Part shown: piece by piece, positions 55,001 to 64,000 of the stretch
How the letters are laid out: the number at the start of each line of letters is the position of its first letter
How positions within the stretch are numbered: position 1 is the first letter of the stretch
Source: Eledone cirrhosa
Lineage: Eukaryota
Length of the DNA stretch: 64,000 bases
Direction: 5' to 3'
Assembly: GCA_964016885.1 (NCBI GenBank)
Contig: OZ024745.1
Location: 4,712,001 to 4,776,000, forward strand
The notes under the pieces: model-generated
What the model was told of the DNA's origin: nothing
Seen by the model: the letters and a program-made list of their open reading frames with translations, nothing else
Databases searched by the model: none
Made by a program: the position numbers and the translations under genes

Positions 55001-58000
55001 CAGTACCCCAGTAGTGTACAACTGTCTTTAGTACCCCAGTAGTGTACAACTGTCTTCAGTACCCTAGTAGTGTACAGTTGAGAGTCTTCAGTACCCTAGT
55101 AGTGTACAACTGTCTTCAGTACCCTAGTAGTGTACAGTTGAGAGTCTTCAGTAGCCTGGTAGTGTACAACTGTCTTCAGTACCCTAGTAGTGGACAACTG
55201 TCTTCAGTACCCTAGTAGTGTACAGTTGAGAGTCTTCAGTACCCTAGTAGTGTACAACTGTCTTCAGTACCCTAGTAGTGTACAGTTGAGTGTCTTCAGT
55301 ACTCTAGTAGTGTACAACTGTCTTCAGTACCCTAGTAGTGTACAGTTGAGAGTCTTCAGTACCCTAGTACTGTACAACTGTCTTCAGTACCCTAGTAGTG
55401 TACAGTTGAGAGTCTTCAGTACCCTAGTAGTGTACAGTTGAGTGTCTTCAGTACCCTAGTAGTGTACAACTGTCTTCAGTACCCTAGTAGTGTACAACTG
55501 TCTTCAGTACCCTAGTAGTGTACAGTTGAGAGTCTTCAGTACCCTGGTAGTGTACAACTGTCTTCAGTACCCTAGTAGTGGACAACTGTCTTCACTACCC
55601 CAGTAGTGTACAACTGTCTTCAGTACCCTAGTAGTGTACAGTTGAGAGTCTTCAGTACCCTAGTAGTGTACAGTTAGGTGTCTTCAATACCCTAGTAGTG
55701 TACAGGTGAGTGTCTTCAGTACCCTAGTAGTGTACAGTTAGGTGTCTTCAGTACCCTAGTAGTGTACAGTTGAGAGTCTTCAGTACCCTAGTAGTGTACA
55801 ACTGTCTTCAATACCCTAGTAGTGTACAGTTGAGAGTCTTCAGTACCCTAGTAGTGTACAGTTAGGTGTCTTCAGTACCCTAGTAGTGTGCAGTTGAGAG
55901 TCTTCAGTACCCTAGTAGTGTACGACTGTCTTCAGTACCCTAGTAGTGTACAGTTAGTTGTCTTCAGTACCCTATCTAGTGTACAGTTGAGAGTCTTCAG
56001 TACCCTAGTAGTGTACAACTGTCTTCAGTACCCTAGTAGTGTACAACTGACTGTTTTCAGTACCCTAGTAGTGTACAGTTAGGTGTCTTCAGTACCCTAG
56101 TAGTGTACAGTTGAGTATCTTCAGTAACCTAGTAGTGTACAACTGGCTTCAGTACCCTAGTAGTGTACAACTGTCTTCAGTACCCTAGTAGTGTACAGTT
56201 AGGTGTCTTCAGTACCCTAGTAGTGTACAACTGTCTTCAGTACCCTAGTAGTGTACAACAGTCTTCAGTACCCTAGTAGTGTACAATTAGGTGTCTTCAG
56301 TAACCTAGTAGTGTACAGTTGAGAATCTTCAGTAACCTAGTAGTGTACAGTTGAGAATCTTCAGTACCCTAGTAGTGTACAACTGTCTTCAGTACCCTAG
56401 TAGTGTACAGTTGACAGTCTTCAGTACCCTAGTAGTGTACAACTGTCTTCAGTACCCTAGTAGTGTACAGTTGAGTGTCTTTAGTACCCTAGAAGTGTAC
56501 AGTTGAGTGTCTTCAGTACCCGAGTAGTGTACAGTTGAGTGTCTTCAGTACCCTAGTAGTGTGCAGTTGAGAGTCTTCAGTGCCTTAGTAGTGTACAGTT
56601 GAGTCTTCAGTACCGTAGTAGTGTACAACTCTCGTCAGTACCCTAGTAGTGTACAACTGTCTTCAGTACCCTAGTAGTGTGCAGTTGAGAGTCTTCAGTG
56701 CCCTAGTAGTGTACAGTTGAGAGTCTTCAGTACCGTAGTAGTGTACAACTCTCGTCAGTACCCTAGTAGTGTACAACTGTCTTCAGTACCCTAGTAGTGT
56801 ACAGTTGAGAGTCTTCAGTACCCTAGTAGTGTACAACTGTCTTCAGTACCCTAGTAGTGTACAGTTGAGAGTCTTCAGTACCCTAGTAGTGTACAGTTGA
56901 GAGTCTTCAGTACCCTAGTAGTGTACAACTGTCTTCAGTACCCTAGTAGTGTACAGTTGAGAGTCTTCAGTACCCTAGTCGTGTACAGTTGAGAGTCTTC
57001 AGTACCCTAGTAGCGTACAGTTGAGAGTCTTCAGTACCCTAGTAGTGTACAGTTGAGAGTCTTCAGTACCCTAGTAGTGTACAACTGTCTTCAATACCCT
57101 AGTAGTGTACAGTAGAGTCTTCAGTACCCTAGTAGTGTACAACTGTCTTCAGTACCCTAGTAGTGTACAGTTGAGAGTCTTCAGTACCTTAGTAGTGTAC
57201 AACTGTCTGCAGTACCCTAGTAGTGTACAGTTGAGAGTTTTTAGTACCCTAGTAGTGTACAACTGTCTTCAGTACCCTAGTAGTGTACAGTTGAGAGTCT
57301 TCAGTACCCTAGTAGTGTACAACTGTCTTCAGTACCCTAGTAGTGTACAGTTAGGTGTCTTCAGTACCCTAGTAGTGTACAGTTGAGAGTCTTCAGTACC
57401 CTAGTAGTGTACAGTTGAGTGTCTTCAGTACCCTAGTAGTGTACAGTTAGGTGTCTTCAGTACCCTAGTAGTGTACAGTTAGGTGTCTTCAGTACTCTAG
57501 TAGTGTACAGTTAGGTGTCTTCAGTACCCTAGTAGTGTACAACTGTCTTCAGTACCCTAGTAGTGTACAACTGTCTTCAGTACCCTAGTAGTGTAAAGTT
57601 AGGTGTCTTCAGTAACCTAGTAGTGTACAGTTGAGAGTCTTCAGTACCCTAGTAGTGTACAACTGTCTTCAGTACACTAGTAGTGTACAGTTGAGAGTCT
57701 TCAGTACCCTAGTAGTGTACAACTGTCTTCAGTAACCTAGTAGTGTAAAGTTAGGTGTCTTCAGTACCCTAGTAGTGTGTGGTTGAGTCTTCAGTACCCT
57801 AGTAGTGTACAACTGTCTTCAGTACCCTAGTAGTGTACAACTGACTGTCTTCAGTACCCTAGTAGTGTACAGTTAGGTGTCTTCAGTACCCTAGTAGTGT
57901 ACAGTTGAGTGTCTTCAGTACCCTAGTAGTGTACAGTTGAGTGTCTTCAGTACCCTAGTAGTGTACAACTGTCTTCAGTACCCTAGTAGTGTACAGTTGA

Positions 58001-61000
58001 GTGTCTTCAGTACCCTAGTAGTGTACAGTTGAGTGTCTTCAGTACCCTAGTAGTGTACAGTTGAGAGTCTTCAGTACCCTAGTAGTGTACAATTGTCTTC
58101 AGTACCCTAGTAGTGTACAGTTGAGAGTCTTCAGTACCCTAGTAGTGTACAGTTGAGTGTCTTCAGTACCCTAGTAGTGTACAACTGTCTTCAGTACCCT
58201 AGTAGTGTACAGTTGAGAGTCTTCAGTACCTTAGTAGTGTACAACTGTCTTCAGTACCCTAGTAGTGTACAGTTGAGAGTCTTCAGTACCCTAGTAGTGT
58301 ACAACTGTCTTCAATACCCTAGTAGTGTACAGTTGAGAGTCTTCAGTACCCTAGTAGTGTACAACTGTCTTCAGTACCCTAGTAGTGTACAGTTAGTTGT
58401 CTTCAGTACCCTAGTAGTGTACAGTTGAGTATCTTCAGTACCCTAGTAGTGTACAGTTAGGTGTCTTCAGTACCCTAGTAGTGTACAACTGTCTTCAGTA
58501 CCCTAGTAGTGTACAACAGTCTTCAGTACCCTAGTAGTGTACAGTTAGGTGTCTTCAGTAACCTAGTAGTGTACAGTTGAGAGTCTTCAGTACCTTAGTA
58601 GTGTACCACTGTCTTCAGTACCCTAGTAGTGTACAACTGTCTTCAGTACCCTAGTAGTGTACGGTAAGGTGTCTTCAGTACCCTAGTAGTGTACAGTTGA
58701 GTGTCTTCAGTACCCTAGTAGTGTACAGTTTAGAGACTTCAGTACCTTAGTAGTGTACAATTGTCTTCAGTACCCTAGTAGTGTACAGTTGAGAGTCTTC
58801 AGTACCCTAGTAGTGTACAACTGTCTTCAGTACCCTAGTAGTGTACAGTTAGGTGTCTTCAGTACCCTAGTAGTGTACAGTTGAGTCTTCAGTACCCTAG
58901 TAGTGTACAACTGTCTTCAGTACCCTAGTTGTGTACAACTGGCTTCAGTACCCTAGTAGTGTACAACTGTATTCAGTACCCTAGTAGTGTACAACTGGCT
59001 TCGGTACCCTAGTAGTGTACAACTGTCTTCAGTACCCTAGTAGTGTACAGTTGAGTGTCTTCAGTAACCTAGTAGTGTACAACTGTCTTCAATACCCTAG
59101 TAGTGTACAACTGTCTTCAGTACCCTAGTAGTGTACAGTTGAGTGTCTTCAGTACCCTAGTAGTGTACAACTGTCTTCAGTACCCTAGTAGTGTACAGTT
59201 GAGTGTCTTCAGTACCCTAGTAGTGTACAACTGTCTTCAGTACCCTAGTAGTGTACAGTTGAGTGTCTTCAGTACCCTAGTAGTGTACAGTTGAGTGTCT
59301 TCAGTACCCTAGTAGTGTACAGTTAAGTGTCTTCAGTACCCTAGTAGTGTACAACTGGCTTCAGTACCCTAGTAGTGTACAGTTGAGTGTCTTCAGTACC
59401 CTAGTAGTGTACAGTTGAGAGTCTTCAGTACCCTAGTAGTGTACAACTGTCTTCAGTACCCTAGTAGTGTACAGTTGAGTGTCTTCAGTACCCTAGTAGT
59501 GTACAACAGTCTTCAGTACCCCAGTAGTGTACAGTTGATAGTCTTCAGTACCTTAGTAGTGTACCACTGTCTTCAGTACCCTAGTAGTGTACAGTTAGGT
59601 GTCTTCAGTACCCTAGTAGTGTACAACAGTCTTCAGTACCCCAGTAGTGTACAGTTGAGAGTCTTCAGTACCCTAGTAGTGTACAACTGTCTTCAGTACC
59701 ATAGTATTGTACAACTGTCTTCAGTACCCTAGTAGTGTACAACTGACTGTCTTCAGTACCCTAGTAGTGTACAGTTGAGTGTCTTGAGTACCCTAGTAGT
59801 GTACAGTTGAGAGTCTTCAGTACCCTAGTAGTGTACAGTTGAGTGTCTTGAGTACCCTAGTAGTGTACAACTGTTTCAGTACCCTAGTAGTCTACAGTTG
59901 AGAGACTTCAGTACCCTAGTAGTGTACAGTTGAATGTCTTCAGTACCCTAGTAGTGTACAATTGAGAATCTTCAGTACCCTAGTAGTGTACAACTGTCTT
60001 CAGTACCCTAGTAGTGTACAGTTGAGAGTCTTCAGTACCTTAGTAGAGTACAACTGTCTGCAGTACCCTAGTAGTGTACAGTTGAGAGTTTTCAGTACCC
60101 TAGTAGTGTGCAACTGTCTTCAGTACCCTAGTAGTGTACAGTTGAGAGTCTTCAGTACCCTAGTAGTGTACAAATGTCTTCAGTATCCTAGTAGTGTACA
60201 GTTGAGAGTTTTCAGTACCCTAGTAGTGTACAACTGTCTTCAGTACCCTAGTAGTGTACAGTTAGGTGTCTTCAGTACCCTAGTAGTGTACAGTTGAGAG
60301 TCTTCAGTACCCTAGTAGTGTACAGTTGAGTGTCTTCAGTACCCTAGTAGTGTACAGTTTGGTGTATTCAGTACTCTAGTAGTGTACAGTTAGGTGTCTT
60401 CAGTACCCTAGTAGTGTACAACTGTCTTCAGTATCCTAGTAGTGTACAACTGTCTTCAGTACCCTAGTAGTGTACGGTAAGGTGTCTTCAATACCCTAGT
60501 AGTGTACAACTGTCTTCAGTACCCTAGTAGTGTACAACTGTCTTCAGTACCATAGTAGTGTACAGTTGAGAGTCTTCAGTACCCTAGTAGTGTACAACTG
60601 TCTTCAGTACCCTAGTAGTGTACAACTGTCTTCAGTACCCTAGTAGTGTACAGTTGAGTGTCTTCAGTACCCTAGTAGTGTACAGTTGTGAGTCTTCAGT
60701 ACCTTAGTAGTGTACAACTGTCTTCAGTACCCTAGTAGTGTACTGTTGAGAGTCTTCAGTACCCTAGTAGTGTACAGTTGAGAGTCTTCAGTACCCTAGT
60801 AGTGTACAACTGACTGTCTTCAGTACCCTAGTAGTGTACAGTTAGGTGTCTTCAGTAAGCTAGTAGTGTACATTTGAGTCTTCAGTACCCTAGTAGTGTA
60901 CAACTGGCTTCAGTACCCTAGTAGTGTACAACTGGCTTCAGTACCCTAGTAGTGTACAACTGTATTCAGTACCCTAGTAGTGTACAACTGGCTTCGTACC

Positions 61001-64000
61001 CTAGTAGTGTACAACTGTCTTCAGTACCCTAGTAGTGTACAGTTGAGTGTCTTCAGTACCCTAGTAGTGTACAACTGGCTTCAGTACCCTAGTAGTGTAC
61101 AACTGTCTTCAGTACCCTAGTAGTGTACAACTGTCTTCAGTACCCTAGTAGTGTACAGTTGAGTGTCTTCAGTAACCAAGTAGTGTACAACTGTCTTCAG
61201 TACCCTAGTAGTGTACAGTTGAGTGTCTTCAGTACCCTGGTAGTGTACAACTGTCTTCAGTACCCTACTAGTGTACAGTTGAGAGTCTTCAGTACCCTAG
61301 TAGTGTACAGTTGAGAGTCTTCAGTACCCTAGTAGTGTACAACTGTCGTCAGTACCCTAGTAGTGTACAACTGTCTTCAGTACCCTAGTAGTGTACAATT
61401 GAGAGTCTTCAGTACCCTAGTATTATACAGTTGAGTCTTCAGTACCCTAGTAGTGTACAGTTGAGTGTCTTCAGTACCCTAGTAGTGTACAACTGGCTTC
61501 AGTACCCTAGTAGTATACAGTTGAGAGTCTTCAGTACCCTAGTAGTGTACAACTGTCGTCAGTACCCTAGTAGTGTACAACTGTCTTCAGTACCCTAGTA
61601 GTGTACAGTTGAGAGTCTTCAGTACCCTATTAGTTTACAGTTGAGAGTCTTCAGTACCCTAGTAGTGTACAGTTGAGAGTCTTCAGTACCCTATTAGTGT
61701 ACAGTTGAGAGTCTTCAGTACCCTATTAGTGTACAACTGTCGTCAGTACCCTAGTAGTGTACAACTGTCTTCAGTACCCTAGTAGTGTACAACTGACTGT
61801 CTTCAGTACCCTAGTAGTGTACAGTTGAGAGTCTTCAGTACCATAGTAGTGTACAGTTGAGTGTCTTGAGTACCCTAGTAGTGTACAACTGTCTTCAGTA
61901 CCATAGTAGTGTACAGTTGAGAGTCTTCAGTACCCTAGTAGTGTACAGTTGAGTGTCTTCAGTACCCTAGTAGTGTACAACTGTCTTCAGTACCCTAGTA
62001 GTCTACAGTTGAGAGTCTTCAATACCCTAGTAGTGTACAGTTGAGTGTCTTCAGTACCCTAGTAGTGTACAACTGTCTTCAGTACCCTAGTAGTGTACAG
62101 TTGAGTGTCTTCAGTAACCTAGTAGTGTACAGTTGAGTGTCTTCAGTAACCTAGTAGTGTACAGTTGAGTGTCTTCAGTAACCTAGTAGTGTACAACTGT
62201 CTTCAGTACCCTAGTAGTGTACAGTTGAGTGTCTTCAGTAACCTAGTAGTGTACAACTGTCTTCAGTACCCTAGTAGCGTACAGTTGAGTGTCTTCAGTA
62301 CCCTAGTAGTGTACAACTGTCTTCAGTACCCTAGTAGTATACAGTTGAGAGACTTCAGTACCCTAGTAGTGTACAGTTGAGTGTCTTCAGTACCCTAGTA
62401 GTGTACAACTGTCTTCAGTACCCTAGTAGTGTACAGTTGAATGTCTTCAGTACCCTAGTAGTGTACAATTGAGAATCTTCAGTACCCTAGTAGTGTGTAA
62501 CTGTCTTCAGTACCCTAGTAGTGTACAGTTGAGAGTCTTCAGTACCTTAGTAGTGTACTACTGTCTGCAGTACCCTAGTAGTGTACAGTTGAGAGTCTTC
62601 AGTACCCTAGTAGTGTACAGTTGAGTGTCTTGAGTACCCTAGTAGTGTACAACTGTTTCAGTACCCTAGTAGTGTACAGTTGAGAGTCTTCAGTACCCTA
62701 GTAGTGTACAACTGTCTTCAGTACCCTAGTAGTCTACAGTTGAGAGACTTCAGTACCCTAGTAGTGTACAGTTGAATGTCTTCAGTACCCTAGTAGTGTA
62801 CAATTGAGAATCTTCAGTACCCTAGTAGTGTACAACTGTCTTCAGTACCCTAGTAGTGTACAGTTGAGAGTCTTCAGTACCTTAGTAGAGTACAACTGTC
62901 TGCAGTACCCTAGTAGTGTACAGTTGAGAGTTTTCAGTACCCTAGTAGTGTGCAACTGTCTTCAGTACCCTAGTAGTGTACAGTTGAGAGTCTTCAGTAC
63001 CCTAGTAGTGTACAAATGTCTTCAGTATCCTAGTAGTGTACAGTTGAGAGTTTTCAGTACCCTAGTAGTGTACAACTGTCTTTAGTACCCTAGTAGTGTA
63101 CAGTTAGGTGTCTTCAGTACCCTAGTAGTGTACAGTTGAGAGTCTTCAGTACCCTAGTAGTGTACAGTTGAGTGTCTTCAGTACCCTAGTAGTGTACAGT
63201 TAGGTGTCTTCTGTACCCTACTAGTGTACAGTTTGGTGTATTCAGTACTCTAGTAGTGTACAGTTAGGTGTCTTCAGTACCCTAGTAGTGTACAACTGTC
63301 TTCAGTACCCTAGTATTGTACAACTGTCTTCAGTACCCTAGTAGTGTACGGTAAGGTGTCTTCAATACCCTAGTAGTGTACAACTGTCTTCAGTACCCTA
63401 GTAGTGTACAACTGTCTTCAGTACCCTAGTAGTGTACAGTTGAGAGTCTTCAGTACCCTAGTAGTGTACAACTGTCTTCAGTACCCTAGTAGTGTATAGT
63501 TGAGTGTCTTCAGTACCCTAGTAGTGTATAGTTGAGAGTCTTCAGTACCTTAGTAGTGTACAACTGTCTTCAGTACCCTAGTAGTGTACTGTTGAGAGTC
63601 TTCAGTACCCTAGTAGTGTACAGTTGAGAGTCTTCAGTACCCTAGTAGTGTACAAATGACTGTCTTCAGTACCCTAGTAGTGTACAGTTAGGTGTCTTCA
63701 GTAAGCTAGTAGTGTACATTTGAGTCTTCAGTACCCTAGTAGTGTACAACTGGCTTCAGTACCCTAGTAGTGTACAACTGGCTTCAGTACCCTAGTAGTG
63801 TACAACTGTATTCAGTACCCTAGTAGTGTACAACTGGCTTCGTACCCTAGTAGTGTACAACTGTCTTCAGTACCCTAGTAGTGTACAGTTGAGTGTCTTC
63901 AGTACCCTAGTAGTGTACAACTGTCTTCAGTACCCTAGTAGTGTACAGTTGAGAGTCTTCAGTACCCTAGTAGTGTACAGTTGAGAGTCTTCAGTACCCT
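31007..64000. repeat. Satellite C: constant GTCTTCAGTACCCTAGTAGTGTAC followed by AACT (28-bp unit) or AGTTGAGA/AGTTGAGT/AGTTAGGT (32-bp unit), roughly 1080 units by length, truncated at window end
   Basis: Continuous array read directly. Minor 30-bp and other variant units occur. I saw no unique inserts. Confidence 0.99.

Noticed and set aside
31583-63085. Many ORFs with the repeat YNCLQYPSSVQLRVFSTLVV
   Set aside because: They are open only where 28- and 32-bp units alternate (60 bp). They start at GTG/TTG and break whenever the unit order changes.
31007-64000. CRISPR-like array (24-bp palindromic constant part plus variable part)
   Set aside because: The variable part is only 4-8 bp with a few recurring states. 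There are no unique spacers and no cas genes, and the context is eukaryotic.
1-64000. Telomere-like words (TGGGTGTG in A, TTAGAC in B, CCCTAG and TTAGG in C)
   Set aside because: These are isolated words within longer units in internal arrays, with no tandem canonical telomere repeat.

Overview
Eukaryotic, probably animal, genomic DNA that is about 97% tandem repeat. There are three large arrays: satellite A (20-bp unit, 1-9913), satellite B (13/15-bp units, 11520-31011) and satellite C (28/32-bp units, 31007 to the window end). The only unique sequence is a ~1.6-kb island (9914-11519). It holds the first coding exons of a CEP112-like (DUF4485) gene on +. That gene looks disabled: exon 3 needs an in-frame TGA, a frameshift or a weak cryptic acceptor, and a 5'-truncated, decayed CR1-group LINE on - appears inserted into exon 3 between candidate CATGTAT target-site duplications. 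All other ORFs in the track are repeat or antisense artefacts. The most notable structure is in the arrays. B and C are built from imperfect palindromes and carry symmetry-perfecting variants. The two C unit types differ by an inverted hexamer. B and C join with no spacer and may be homologous. All three arrays show nested kb-scale duplications. I found no firm evidence of a new protein-coding system, and all homology calls are from memory, without a database search.
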